Below are positions 1 through 13,974 of a stretch of DNA of 64,000 bases, one piece after another. The translations under genes were made by a program, and so were the position numbers. Under the pieces are notes generated by a model that was not told the origin of the DNA, ran no database searches, and saw nothing but the letters and a program-made list of their open reading frames with translations. Source of the stretch: Eledone cirrhosa (taxonomy: Eukaryota); contig OZ024748.1 in NCBI GenBank assembly GCA_964016885.1, positions 9,238,001 through 9,302,000 of the forward strand. The letters run 5' to 3'. Within the stretch, counting starts at the first letter, position 1. Each line of letters begins with the position of its first letter.

Positions 1-19
1 ATCGATAAAATGAAGAACC

Positions 20-75
20 AGTAACAACAGGTGTGTATGTCTTTATTGGCAGCATGACTCTCCCAAAGTATAACA
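20..75. mobile_element. Right end of TGT...ACA-terminated MITE family (Ginger-like termini)
   Basis: tttattggcagcatgactctcccaaagtataaca matches the TIR of the complete copy at 27104-27314. Confidence 0.6.
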
Positions 76-121
<46 letters not shown>

Positions 122-509
122 GTGTGTGTGTGTGTATGGTGTTGCTTTCGGTTGTTAACGTTCCCCTGTTCTCTTGCGACATGTAGCGAGCCCGTTGCAA
201 TGGAGGCGTCTGGTGTCCTTGTGTCCTAGGACCACCTCCCTACTCGCTACCATCGTCTCCATCACCATTCTCTGTTCAGACCTAACATATATTTATTTGT
301 CAGGTTTATGTCCTTTCCAATACTATTTTCTTTAGCTGTATCTTCCCTTACCATTCCCCGGGACATCATTGGGGTAACTTACATAGGTGAGCGATTATCT
401 ATCGTTCAGGTGACTGCTTTGTTTACCACAGCCAAATAAAGCCCTTGTCCAAGTTCATGGTGAGGCAGTTTCTAGGTGTGGTCTCATGGTTTCACGAATC
501 ATACCGACG

Positions 510-640
510 GCTCGTATCATGTGGTTGAGTGGTTAAAGAATTGGATTCGCAATCGTGACATTGTGAGTTCGATTCCCAGACCGGGCCGAGCGATGCCGTA
601 TGTCCTTGAGCAAGATACTTTATTTCACATTGCTACTTCT
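510..640 (+). mobile_element. tRNA-derived SINE, 5' part (A/B boxes plus CORE-like domain)
   Basis: A box tggttgagtgg, B box gttcgattcc, then tgtccttgagcaagatactttatttcacattgct; homologous to 814-1098. Confidence 0.7.
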
Positions 641-813
641 GCCTGGATTTGCGACCGATAGATAATATTAGCAATTGGAAAGATCAATGGAAGCATTGTT
701 TCCTCGGTCCGATTTGACGAGATCCACACAACGTTAAGCGAATGAGGTCTGGGAACTTGTCGATCAAATGCCGAGGTATATATATATATATATATATATT
801 GCGTATGATTTAG

Positions 814-1098
814 TGGTGGCACGTGGCCTAGTGGTAAGAGTGTTGGACTTATGATCATAACGTCGTGGGTTCGATACCTGAGATGCGTGTTGTGTTGTGT
901 TCTTGAGCAAAACACTTCATTTCGCGTTGCTCCAGTATACTCAGCTGAAAATGAGTACCAGCAATAGCTGGAGGTTTAACCCTGTGATGGACTGGCGTCC
1001 TGTCCAGGGGGGAGTCTTGTACTCTCAGTCGCTTCACGCCATGAAACCGGGATAAGCACCGGCCAAATGAACCTTCTGGCTTAAGACAGACTTTAGCC
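814..1098 (+). mobile_element. Near full-length tRNA-derived SINE with CORE-like central domain
   Basis: tggcctagtggt (A box), ggttcgatacc (B box), ttcttgagcaaaacacttcatttcgcgttgctccag...ctcagctg, 3' domain ccctgtgatggactggcgtcc. Confidence 0.8.
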
Positions 1099-1230
1099 TT
1101 TTTTTTAGACGTATGATTCCAGTTCCTTTAAGGACCAACAACACACCCAGGAGCTGGACATATCGATGAATTAACAGGGTAGAACCCATTACAACATCAT
1201 TTTTTCCTGTTTTTTCTGCCTTAATTCTTA

Positions 1231-1283
1231 CTGCCTGATGAGGTCACAGCCAATAATGGCTGTCACTGAAATATGTATAGCAG
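1231..1283 (+). ncRNA. Minimal type I hammerhead ribozyme (family B), Penelope-like pLTR/retrozyme
   Basis: ctgc-CTGATGA-ggtcacagcc[aataat]ggctgtcact-GAAA-tatgta-TA-gcag; stem I ctgc/gcag; AATAAA follows. Confidence 0.8.
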
Positions 1284-1584
1284 CGAATTGGAATAAACGA
1301 AGCCGTTTTTAACATGTTTGACTTACACATATTATTTTAAATATATATAGATATATATTACTGGTTTCAGTCATTAGACTGCGGCCATGCTGGGGGATCA
1401 CATTGAGAGGAATTTTATGTGTCATATCGATCTCAGTATTTATTTTGTCATCGATATTGTGTGTGTGTCTGCATGTGTGTACGTGTGTGTGTGTCATAAA
1501 ACCCCGTATACTCATTTCTATAGCTACGTCAATCCTACCTTACACTACAATAACTCCTAATCAAGCTGTAGTATATTATATTAG

Positions 1585-1917
1585 GGCGTCCCTTTACGAT
1601 CTGAGTTCAAATCCCGCCGAGGTTGACTTTGCCTTTCATCCTTACGGGGTCGATAAAATAAAGTACCAGTAATGCACTGGGTAATTGCTGGCCTTGTGCC
1701 TAAAGTAGAAACAATTATATTAGGGCGGTGGATTGGCAGTATCGGTAGAGGGTCGGACGCCATGCTTTCTAGCATAGAGTTACGGCCCTTGCCATTCTGA
1801 GTTCAAATCCCGCCGAGGTCAACTTTGCCTTTCATCCTTACGGGGTCGATAAAATAAAGTACCAGTAATGCACTGGGGTAATTACTGGCCTTGTGCCAAA
1901 AGTAGAAACAATTATAT
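1585..1917 (+). mobile_element. Two tandem copies (5'-truncated plus near full-length) of a tRNA-derived SINE with gcctttcatcc...ggggtcgataaaataaagtaccag domain
   Basis: Direct repeat 1585-1720 / 1722-1917; B box gagttcaaatcc; further copies at 13088, 26915(-), 29728, 63712(-). Confidence 0.8.
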
Positions 1918-1919
1918 TA

Positions 1920-2060
1920 GGGTGCCGCGTGGTTTAGTGGTTAGGGTGTTCGGCCTACAGTGGCCAGTTATATCCTTGAACAAGACACTTCATTTCACCT
2001 TCCTCCAGTACATTCAGCTGGTAAAGATGTGGTGTACCTGTAATTGAAAGGATCAGTCAC
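1920..2060 (+). mobile_element. Internally deleted CORE-like SINE
   Basis: gtggtttagtggttaggg...ccttgaacaagacacttcatttcacc..ctccagtacattcagctg. Confidence 0.6.
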
Positions 2061-2084
2061 ATGACAGTGTCATGGTGGTGGGGT

Positions 2085-2416
2085 AGAAGGGGGAGGAGAG
2101 GGTAGGGTGAAGGAAATAAAGAGAGAGGGAAACAGAGAGAGAGGGGGGGAGAGAAAGAAATACAGTGAGAGAAGAGAAATTAAGAAAGGGATAAAGAAAG
2201 TGGGAGAGAGAGAGAGAGAGCAAGAAATAGAAAGAGAGAGGGAGAGAGAGGGGGAGAAGGAGAGTGAGGGGGAGGGGGAGAAGGAGAGAGAGAGAGAAAG
2301 ACAACAGCTGTTTCCCGTTTCTTAGAGATTTGTAATAAGGAAACTAGGAGTGAGATAAATACGTCTCCCTCCAATACTTCCTCTCTCTCACAATCTCTCT
2401 CTCACTGTCTCTCTCA

Positions 2417-2468
<52 letters not shown>

Positions 2469-2490
2469 GTATATATATATATATATATAT
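2085..2490. repeat. GA-rich, (CT)n and (TA)n simple repeats
   Basis: Directly visible. Confidence 0.9.
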
Positions 2491-2677
2491 ATAACGAAGG
2501 AAGTGTGATAAGGAACCAGATGAACCATAATGCACCAGAGTACTCAATACTTAGGGTAGTAGAGTGGGTAATAGGAAAATGTTTGACCCCGACGGCAGAG
2601 CTCAAGCCGTTTCAACGGCTATTTCCAGAAATAGCCGTCGAAACGGCTTGAGCTCTGCCGTCGGGGTCAAACATTTT

Positions 2678-2682
<5 letters not shown>
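2491..2682 (+). mobile_element. Hairpin+tail element family H1 (~80 bp tail plus ~112 bp near-perfect palindrome), inserted in (TA)n
   Basis: Arms 2571-2625 and 2628-2682 are reverse complements with 1 mismatch; homologues at 26690, 29362, and partials at 8481 and 32067. Confidence 0.8.
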
Positions 2683-2720
<38 letters not shown>

Positions 2721-2968
2721 CACTATGTACTATACATGCACCTTTGATGAGTTGTAGTGCACCTAAGCACTGTACACAATAATTTTCATGATTATTATTA
2801 TATACTTATAGAGACATACATAATGCATATATATATATTGATGCTCATACATATGTATATATATATATATCTTTAAAGCGAAGAAATACCAATGAAGGTT
2901 GGAAGATCACTGATGAAGGACTAATTTTATTCATATGTAACCCATGTGCAACCACGCAGCACGCCATT

Positions 2969-3016
<48 letters not shown>

Positions 3017-3029
3017 TTAACTATATATA

Positions 3030-3834
3030 TATGAGTACGACCCTGAACATTAATCAGTATACAATGAGGATGAAGAACTCAGAGCTGTTCGGGAACCTCC
3101 CAAAAGTTAACTCGAGAGTAGCACAGAGGACACTGGGGTTAGCTGGACATGCTCACCGACATCCAGAGTTGACACTGCACTCAGTGCTCCTGTGGGAGCC
3201 CCTGCATGGACACACTGGAAGAGGGATACCATGGATATGTATATATAAATATATATTATATATACAGCTCCAAAGTGACACAGAGGAGACTGAGGTTAGC
3301 TGGACATGCTCACCGACATCCAGAGTTGACACTGCACTCAGTGCTCCTGTGGGAGCCCCTGCATGGACACACTGGAAGAGGGATACCATGGATATGTATA
3401 TATAAATATATATTATATATACAGCTCCAAAGTGACACAGAGGAGACTGAGGTTAGCTGGACATGCTCACCGACATCCAGAGTTGACACTGCACTCAGTG
3501 CTCCTGTGGGAGCCCCTGCATGGACACACTGGAAGAGGGATACCATGGATATGTATATATAAATATATATTATATATACAGCTCCAAAGTGACACAGAGG
3601 ACACTGGGGTTAGCTGGACATGCTCACCGACATCCAGAGTTGACACTGCACTCAGTGCACCTGTGGGCGCCCCTGCATGGACACACTGGAAGAGGAAGAC
3701 CAGGGTTAAGATGTGTTGATGTCCTAAGGACAGACACTGGTCCCTTGGAGACGCAGGATATGGCAGCGATAATGAGGAACAGAGACCTCTGGAGAGAACT
3801 TGTCCATGGATCTCGGGAATTTTACCCGCCCTAG
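3030..3834 (+). pseudogene. 3' end of an RTE-like LINE ORF, with internal 157-bp tandem amplification
   Basis: Translation RRLRLAGHAHRH...LLWEP..G...RGRP...VD.L..D....MRNRDLWRELV is typical of the RTE ORF C-terminus; repeat period 157 (3122, 3279, 3436, 3593). Confidence 0.7.
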
Positions 3835-4208
3835 ATAGATATATATATACACACACACACATATATATATACAAATACATATATATACTTATATATATAT
3901 ACTTATATATAATTGGTATGGGATGCTTTAAGCATCCGTAAGCGGTAGGCCGTTTGAACACTCGATGCTCTTACAGAGTAGAGTCTATATTTCATAGGAA
4001 ACGGAGAATCAGTGGTGCGACGAATAAAATTTATTAGACATATTACAATCGCTTCTCTGGCGACCAGCTCGAGGCACGATCGATGTAATGATCAAACCTG
4101 ACTCTGAAATCGCAAGATCCTCAGATATGTCTCGATTCTACGAAGCAGAGTTTCCAAATTTGGAAACTCTGTTTCTTATGTGATATACTTATATATACAT
4201 ATATACAT

Positions 4209-4285
<77 letters not shown>

Positions 4286-4367
4286 AAAGTTATACAAGGT
4301 TCAATGAATACACTACCATGGCTGAATCTTAACCATCTACTATGTCAGGGTATGTCATGCATCATCT

Positions 4368-4433
4368 TATTTTATCTGATGAGGACGTACTTTTGAACTT
4401 AACTCAGTCCCTCTGAAATTGGTATAATAAAAT
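4368..4433 (+). ncRNA. Minimal type I hammerhead ribozyme (family A), slightly degenerate
   Basis: tattttat-CTGATGA-ggac...gtcc(ctct)-GAAA-ttggta-TA-ataaaata; flanks (~4318-4478) are homologous to 57885-58038. Confidence 0.65.
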
Positions 4434-4477
4434 ATAATTGATCACAAGAATATCTATTTTGTTAATATTTTTAATTA

Positions 4478-4523
<46 letters not shown>

Positions 4524-4542
4524 GTATATATGTGTGTATATT

Positions 4543-4765
4543 AGAGCGTAAGGCTTCTATTCGTGAGTTTTGAGTTCGATTCCAGGACTAAGAGATGCGA
4601 TGTATCCTTGAGTAAAACCCCTTATTCCCCGTTGCTCCAGTTTCCTCAGCTGTAGAAATGATTTGCGACGTCACAGGAGGTGCCGAACTGTATCGTCATG
4701 CAGGGACGACTGCTGACCTTCTTTCGGGGACTTTCTGGGTGCAAGTACCCTGGGGACTTTTTTCA
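4543..4765 (+). mobile_element. Degenerate CORE-like tRNA SINE
   Basis: B box gagttcgattcc; ccttgagtaaaa...gttgctccagtttcctcagctgtagaaatg; tail similar to 29145-29315. Confidence 0.65.
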
Positions 4766-4828
4766 GTGGTTATTATATATATATATATATGTGTGTGTGT
4801 ATATATATATATATATAATGTGTGTGTG

Positions 4829-4864
<36 letters not shown>

Positions 4865-5074
4865 AGTTTGTATATATATATATATGTATATATGTGTGTG
4901 TGTGTGCGTGTGTGTCTGCCTGTGTGAGTATATGTATATATACACATATATGCATATGTAGATATATATATACACACCCATATATACATATAAAGAAAGG
5001 GGATAGTTAATGTGACCACCCAACTGGAATTCTGTAAATAATTATCTCTCTCTTTCTAGCTGCCATATCAAATT

Positions 5075-5555
5075 ATATCTATATTATATATATATATATT
5101 ATATTGTAGTGTATATTATGTTGATATATTATATATATATGCGTGTGTAATATATATGTATTGTATGTATATTATATATGTATTTTATGTATAATATATA
5201 TATTATATATATATAATATATAAATATATATCTAATATAATATACATATATATTATATATATCTATAAACATAATACATATATTACATATATCTATATAT
5301 ATTACATATATCTATACATATATATATATAATGTATATATATATTACATATATTCTATACATATATATAATATATACATATATATATATAATATATACAT
5401 ATATATATATAATATATATATATAATATGTATATATAATATATATCTATACATATATATAATATATATATAATGTACATATATATTACATATATCTATCT
5501 ATATATACACATATATATACGTATACATTATATATATATATACACGTATACATAT

Positions 5556-5625
<70 letters not shown>

Positions 5626-5817
5626 GTATACATTATATATATATAAATACATTATATATATATACGTATATATTATATATATATACTTATATATTAAATA
5701 TATATATTTATATACATAAGTATATATATAATATATTATATATATATATATATCTACTTTATATATTATATATATATATACTTATATAATATATATATAT
5801 TTATATACTTATATATA

Positions 5818-5876
<59 letters not shown>

Positions 5877-5896
5877 ATATATAATATATATATATA

Positions 5897-5949
<53 letters not shown>

Positions 5950-6185
5950 GCATATATTATATATATACGTATATATATTATATATATACGTATATATTAT
6001 ATCTATAGGTATATATTTTATATATATATATATCTCTCTCTATATATATATACGTATAATCTATATAATCTATACATATATATATATATCATATATAGAT
6101 ACGTATATATATAATATATACAATATATATATACGTATATATATATATAATATATACGTATATATATATATACCAATATATATAC

Positions 6186-6229
<44 letters not shown>

Positions 6230-6358
6230 TATAATATATATATATATATATATAATGTATATATATATATATAATGTATATATATATATTATAGATATTA
6301 TATAGTATATATATATATATTATATTTATTATATATTATATATATTATATATTATATA

Positions 6359-6409
<51 letters not shown>

Positions 6410-6419
6410 ATTATATATA

Positions 6420-6458
<39 letters not shown>

Positions 6459-6781
6459 TATATTATATATATATATACATATATATATTATATATATTAT
6501 ATATTATATATATATACATATATATATATTATATATAATATATACGTATATATTTTATATATATATATGTATTATATATATATTTATATGTACATATATA
6601 GGTATATACATTCATTTAATATACAAGATATATATATATATATGTAACATATGTATATATATGTAACATATGTATATATATGTAACATATGTATATATAT
6701 GTAACATATGTATATATATGTAACATATGTGTATATGTGTAACATATGTATATATATATATATATAAAAATTATATGTAAC

Positions 6782-6813
<32 letters not shown>

Positions 6814-7011
6814 GTTACATATATATTTTCATATATATAATTTTATATATATATATACATATGTTACACACATATATATATATATATAAATATATATGCA
6901 AGATATATATATATATATGTGTGTAACATATGTATATATATATATAAAATTATATATATGAAAATATATATGTAACATATGTGTGTATATATATATATTA
7001 TATATATATAC

Positions 7012-7051
<40 letters not shown>

Positions 7052-7072
7052 TATATATATATATATATATAA

Positions 7073-7116
<44 letters not shown>

Positions 7117-7151
7117 TATATATATATATTATAATATTATATATAATATAT

Positions 7152-7190
<39 letters not shown>
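5075..7190. repeat. Degenerate (TA)n array, including a short tatatgtaacatatg minisatellite at ~6640-6790
   Basis: Directly visible. Confidence 0.95.
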
Positions 7191-7193
<3 letters not shown>

Positions 7194-7279
7194 CAAATCC
7201 TCCAAATCTGTTACTTTTCGCCAGGTGGTGCTATTAAGTTGGACTTGGCCCGAACCAATACTGGCCGAAGCCCTATTAA

Positions 7280-7356
<77 letters not shown>

Positions 7357-7428
7357 GGAGCTTCCAACAGTAATGGTTGCATTTTTAAGGGTATTGTCAA
7401 TATTTATTTATAAAACTGATCTATATTA

Positions 7429-7493
7429 TATTTTGTCTGATGAAAGGACACCATAATTTAACTTGGTGTCCTTGAAATATGTATAATAAAATA
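7429..7493 (+). ncRNA. Minimal type I hammerhead ribozyme (family A), intact core
   Basis: tattttgt-CTGATGA-aaggacacca[10 nt]tggtgtcctt-GAAA-tatgta-TA-ataaaata; perfect 10-bp stem II, 8-bp stem I with one G-U. Confidence 0.85.
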
Positions 7494-7805
7494 AATATGG
7501 TTTTATAAATATAGTTTCCATTTGTTAATATCGTATGTTTACTCCAAATACTTGTTGATGTGCTTTATATCAGTTATAAAAATATTTATATGTGTGTGTG
7601 TAAATATATATTATATATATGTGTGTATATAATATATTATATACTATGTGTATATATATATGTTATATATATGTGGTGTGTATATATATTATATATGTGT
7701 ATATATATATTATATATACACGTATATATTTATACATATTGTGTATATATATATATATTTATACATGTTATATAGATATTATATATTTCTATATATATAT
7801 ATATA

Positions 7806-7868
<63 letters not shown>

Positions 7869-8212
7869 GCATACTATATACACACGCATATATTTATACA
7901 TATATATTATATATATACATGCATATATATATGCATATATACTATATATACACTATATTTACAATATTATATATATTAAATATATATAAACACATACATG
8001 TATTTATAAAATATTATATAAATATATACACACATATATATATTTATACACATTATATATTATATTCACACATATATATATTTATACACATTATATATAT
8101 ATATATACACACATATATATTTATACATATATATTTTATATACACATATATATATTTTTACATATATATATATATATATTTATATATAAACATACATGTG
8201 GATATACATATG

Positions 8213-8243
<31 letters not shown>

Positions 8244-8327
8244 CAAGAGATGGATTTAGCTTGAAACCTGTTACTTAGGGGTAGTGGGGTGTGGGGGATG
8301 CTGAGTATTTATTATATATATATGTAC

Positions 8328-8359
<32 letters not shown>

Positions 8360-8446
8360 ATATATATATACATATATATATATACATACATATATTTATA
8401 TATATGTACACACATATTTATATATATATATATAGTTATACACACT

Positions 8447-8480
<34 letters not shown>

Positions 8481-8481
<1 letters not shown>

Positions 8482-8546
8482 TACCCTAAGTATTGAGTAC
8501 TCTGGTGAGTTATGGTCCATCTGGTTCCTTACCACAACTCCTTCGT

Positions 8547-8550
<4 letters not shown>
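8481..8550 (-). mobile_element. Tail-only fragment of family H1
   Basis: taccctaagtattgagtactctggtg...ccttcgttat. Confidence 0.7.
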
Positions 8551-8601
<51 letters not shown>

Positions 8602-8679
8602 TGATGAATTTATAGAACCCCACCTTCAATTTTAGTGCCCCTAAATTTTTTTCCATCCCCCCCCCCCCCGCTTCCTATT

Positions 8680-9400
8680 CTATCAACTAATCTATCCTCC
8701 AACATTATCTCAATTGACTTTTTTTTTCTCAGGAACTCGGAGATGCTGGAATAAGCCCACCCCTCCTCGTTGTTTTATGTACATTGTTATTTTCTTTTCT
8801 CGTGTTATCACCTCATATGACCCCCAACCCTGTCGGAAACAACCAGTTATGTAGGAGAGGGAAAGAGGATGGGAAAAAACAACGAAGTTCCTCTATCCAC
8901 ACCTCACTTATGTTTTGGGGAATAATTCTGGGTTTTTTTTCATTTTCTTTTTCGTGTGCTATAAACTAATCTGACCTCCAAGGTGCTCGCAATCGACTTC
9001 TTTTTCGGAAGCGGAAAACTTGTCCGTAATCCTAAGCCTAAACAGGTCCATAAACCTAACCCTAAAAAAAAGTGATTGCGGGCTTCTTGGAGGTCAGATT
9101 AGTTGATAATACACGAAAAATTGGAAGAAAAATAATCATTTCCCACCAAAGGTGAGGAGAAGGAGCGACATCTGTGAAACTCCGATGGTCTTTCCCCTCC
9201 TTTTCCCCCTCCTTTTCTTGCAAAATTAGTCCGTTTTTGACAGGTTTGGAAGTCATATTCGGTAACACCGCGAAAATAAAAATCGCAGTGAAAAAACCGG
9301 AGTGAAAGGTGAGGGGCAGACGCCCCCCTCGTTTCACTATAAAAAAAAAAAATCGATTCCGAGCATCTTCCGATGTCAGATTAGTCAATAGCAAAACGAA
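8680..9400. mobile_element. Long imperfect fold-back element (MITE-like)
   Basis: 8961-8998 is inverted at 9071-9108; 8790-8830 at ~9240-9285; 8682-8715 at ~9352-9392. Confidence 0.6.
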
Positions 9401-9639
9401 AGAACCGACGACATTAATTTTTTCTCACAAAAAACAAATGGGTTTTTTTTATGTAGGATTTTTTGTCAATTTTTTTGTCCGTTCCTTCCTCTCCTCACAC
9501 TCTCTCTTTTATTTCTCGTTCTATGTTCTGATGAAGGACTGCTCTCAGAAACGAAAGATTCTTTTCCTATTCTTTCAAGTTTTAAAGTATCATATTTCTT
9601 CATTGAACTGTGTCGTTTGTTGAGTTCTTTATCATTCAT

Positions 9640-9736
<97 letters not shown>

Positions 9737-9990
9737 GTATATATTATATACATAAATATATATTATATATATAATTTAAATACACACACACACACCTATA
9801 TATATATATATATATATATGACCCTCCCCAAGTATAACGATATATATATATATACATATATATAGATATATAGATATATAGACATATATATATAGAGATA
9901 TATATATACATATATAGATAGATATATACATATATATAGATATATAGATATGTATATATACATATCTATATATATGTATATGTACATATC

Positions 9991-10021
<31 letters not shown>

Positions 10022-10187
10022 AGGATAAAAAGGACGATTGATTATTTCTTCATTCCATTTATTGATAAGTGACGCGCGTTTCGCCACTGATCAGCTCAAG
10101 GTTCGATCTATATCGATCCTACCCGACTCAATAATCTGCAGCTCGACGGACCTTCTTAAAGTGCACACACACACACATATATATATA

Positions 10188-10222
<35 letters not shown>

Positions 10223-10912
10223 TAGATAGATATGTATAATATACATATCTATATATCTATATATATAGAGAGAGAGATATGTATATATACATATATAGTT
10301 ATAGGTATAACCAAAGGGTACTTAGAAATACATTGTTTTATTAGCTAACAGCCCTTCATCGATACACCACTGTCATACCAGGGGTAATATATCTACATGT
10401 CTGGACATATTGATATATTTGTCAACGAAATATATACATATATATATACATATATATAGAGAGATATGTATATATACATATATAGAGAGATATGTATATA
10501 TACATATATATGGAGATATGTATATATACATATATATATAGAGATATGTATATATACATATATATATATATAGATGTGTATATATACATATATATATAGA
10601 TATGTATATATACATATATATATAGATATGTATATATATATGTATATATAGATATGTCATATAATACATATCTCTATATATATGTATATATACATATCTC
10701 TATATATATGTATATATACATATCTATATATATAGATATGTATATATACATATATATATAGATATGTATATATACATATATATATATATATGTATATATA
10801 CATATCTATATATATATATAGATATGTATATATACATATATATAGATATGTATATATACATATATATATGTAGATATGTATGTATATATACATATATATA
10901 GATATGTATATA

Positions 10913-10974
<62 letters not shown>

Positions 10975-11013
10975 AGTGTATATATATATATATATATAGA
11001 GGTAGATAGATAG

Positions 11014-11044
<31 letters not shown>

Positions 11045-11130
11045 CTATATATTGTTATACCTTGGGGAGGGTCATATTTGTGTAATATTGCCAGAATTAA
11101 CTCGTAAAACTAATTCATCGCCGTTATGAC

Positions 11131-11161
<31 letters not shown>

Positions 11162-11328
11162 CATATATATATAATCTAAAATATGTATATATATAATTGT
11201 TTCTAGTTTTGGTACAAGGCCACAAATTAACCCAGTGCATAACTGGTACTTTATGTATATATATAATATACATAAATATATAGTATATATATATATACAT
11301 ATTATATGTATATCATGTATATACATAG

Positions 11329-11373
<45 letters not shown>

Positions 11374-11686
11374 TATATATTATATATATATTGTATATAT
11401 ATACACATATATGTATATACATACATATTATATATATATATTGTATATATATATACACATATATGCATATACATACATATTATATATATATATTGTATAT
11501 ATATATACACATATATATATGTTATATATACACATATCGTTAATGTATATATAATGTATATGTCATATATGTATATATTATACTATATATCTTGTGCCTA
11601 AAGTAGAAACAATTATATTATATATAATATATATATATGTATATATTATATATATTGTATATATATATACAAATATATTTATATCC

Positions 11687-11734
<48 letters not shown>

Positions 11735-11779
11735 GTGACGAAACATAAGTCAATTGCATGAACTCATAATCCTTTATTT

Positions 11780-11834
11780 ACTGCTATATATATTTCGATG
11801 ATAGCCATGAATTGCTATGACCTCATCAGGCAGT
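11780..11834 (-). ncRNA. Minimal type I hammerhead ribozyme (family B), intact core
   Basis: Minus strand: actgc-CTGATGA-ggtcatagc[aattcatg]gctatcatc-GAAA-tatata-TA-gcagt, then aaataaa; upstream agctgg(a)catatc is shared with the copy at 1231. Confidence 0.85.
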
Positions 11835-12099
11835 TAGTCAGTTCTTAGATATGCCAGCTCTGTGTTTATAGTGCTGGTGGTATCAGAGCCTTGGGACATA
11901 TATATATGTGTATATATACACATATATATATGTTATGTATCTATATCAGAAATGTATATTTAATATATATATATATCATATATGTATATATATTATACAT
12001 ATATGTATATATATCATATATTATATACATATTGTATATGTACATATTATATATATATATCATATATGTATATATATATATATATTACCTAAATACATC

Positions 12100-12136
<37 letters not shown>

Positions 12137-12819
12137 ACACATACACATATGTTTATTATATATATACATACTCATATCATATATATTATATATATATTCT
12201 ATACATATATTATATATATTCATATTGATATATACATTATACAAAAATTATACATATATCATATATATTATATATGTCTTATATTCATATGTATAATATA
12301 TGTATATATACACATACATACGTCTTATATTCATATGTATAATATATATATATATATATACACATACATACATACATACATACATACATACATACATACA
12401 TACATACATACATACATACATACATACATACATACATACATACATGTATTTGTGCGTGTATATTATTATATAGTATTGTATCACATATATACATATATAC
12501 ATACGTTTATGTATTCATTTTACAAGATTCTTAATTTGAGATCGTTTGTTGTAACAAATCCCATTATATTTGCGATCCTTTTTGAAGAAACACACCTTCT
12601 GGTAGACTTTCCTTTTATTATTACTAGTTATTTTGTCGAACCTTTCGCCACACAGTTTCTGACCTCCTCAATGACTTGATGTCGCCCCTCTTCTGTTTAG
12701 TGGGTGTCATAGAGTACGTTCCGACAGAGCTTTCACAACATAGCCAATAATTAATAATAATAGTGGAAGTCAAATTGTGTCTGTTTTATTGGCAAACTGA
12801 CCATCGCCAAATATATAAT

Positions 12820-12861
<42 letters not shown>

Positions 12862-12877
12862 TAACACACACATATAC

Positions 12878-12945
<68 letters not shown>

Positions 12946-12990
12946 GTATACATATATATATGTGTGTGTATATACATATATATATATATA

Positions 12991-13043
<53 letters not shown>

Positions 13044-13087
13044 TTATATATATACATAGATATAGATATATATATATATAATTATTA

Positions 13088-13285
13088 TTGGATCTGTAGT
13101 ATGGGTAGAGCGTCAGACCCTATGCTTTGCGGTATTTAGTTACACCCTAAAAGGTTAGCTTTGCCTTTCATCCTTACGAAATCGATAAAATAAAGTACCA
13201 ATCACACATTGGGGGTCGATTTAATCGACTTCCACCCCCACCCCACTCCAAATTGATGGCTTGAGACTAAATCAGAAAGCATTAT
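13088..13285 (+). mobile_element. Degenerate tRNA-derived SINE (same family as 1722-1917)
   Basis: ttgcctttcatccttacgaaatcgataaaataaagtacca. Confidence 0.7.
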
Positions 13286-13371
13286 ATTATATATATATTA
13301 TGTATTATATATATATATATTATATTATATCATATATATATATATTATATATATTATTATATATATTATTT

Positions 13372-13407
<36 letters not shown>

Positions 13408-13619
13408 ATTATATATATATATATATTATATATATTATATATATATATTATATATATATATATTGTATATATATTATATATATATATATTATATATATAT
13501 TATATATATATATATATATATTATATATTATATATAATATATATAAATATATATATTATATATATATATATAATTATATATATTATATATATATATATTA
13601 TATATATATATATATTATA

Positions 13620-13662
<43 letters not shown>

Positions 13663-13708
13663 TATATATATATATATTATATATATATATATTATATATA
13701 TTATATAT

Positions 13709-13814
<106 letters not shown>

Positions 13815-13818
13815 ATAT

Positions 13819-13861
<43 letters not shown>

Positions 13862-13974
13862 TATATATATATTGTATTATATTACATCATTCTCTGCCCT
13901 CTCTCTACCTCATAAATGGTTCTTGTGAAAGTCTTTGAAATGTTAACTGTACTTGTTTGAACTTATTACTAACT

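Noticed and set aside
814-885. tRNA gene
   Set aside because: A/B boxes run directly into SINE body sequence seen elsewhere in the window, and there is no complete acceptor stem.
2905-2945. CTGATGA as another hammerhead
   Set aside because: No stem II partner or GAAA/stem I complement. The same applies to the minus-strand CTGATGA near 19905, 21612, 25668 and 39605.
9030-9066. Telomeric CCCTAA repeats
   Set aside because: Only 2-3 degenerate units, inside a fold-back element.
12630-12675. Possible degenerate hammerheads here, at 21505-21545 and at 10325-10365 (all minus)
   Set aside because: Several core positions are mutated; suggestive but not supportable individually.
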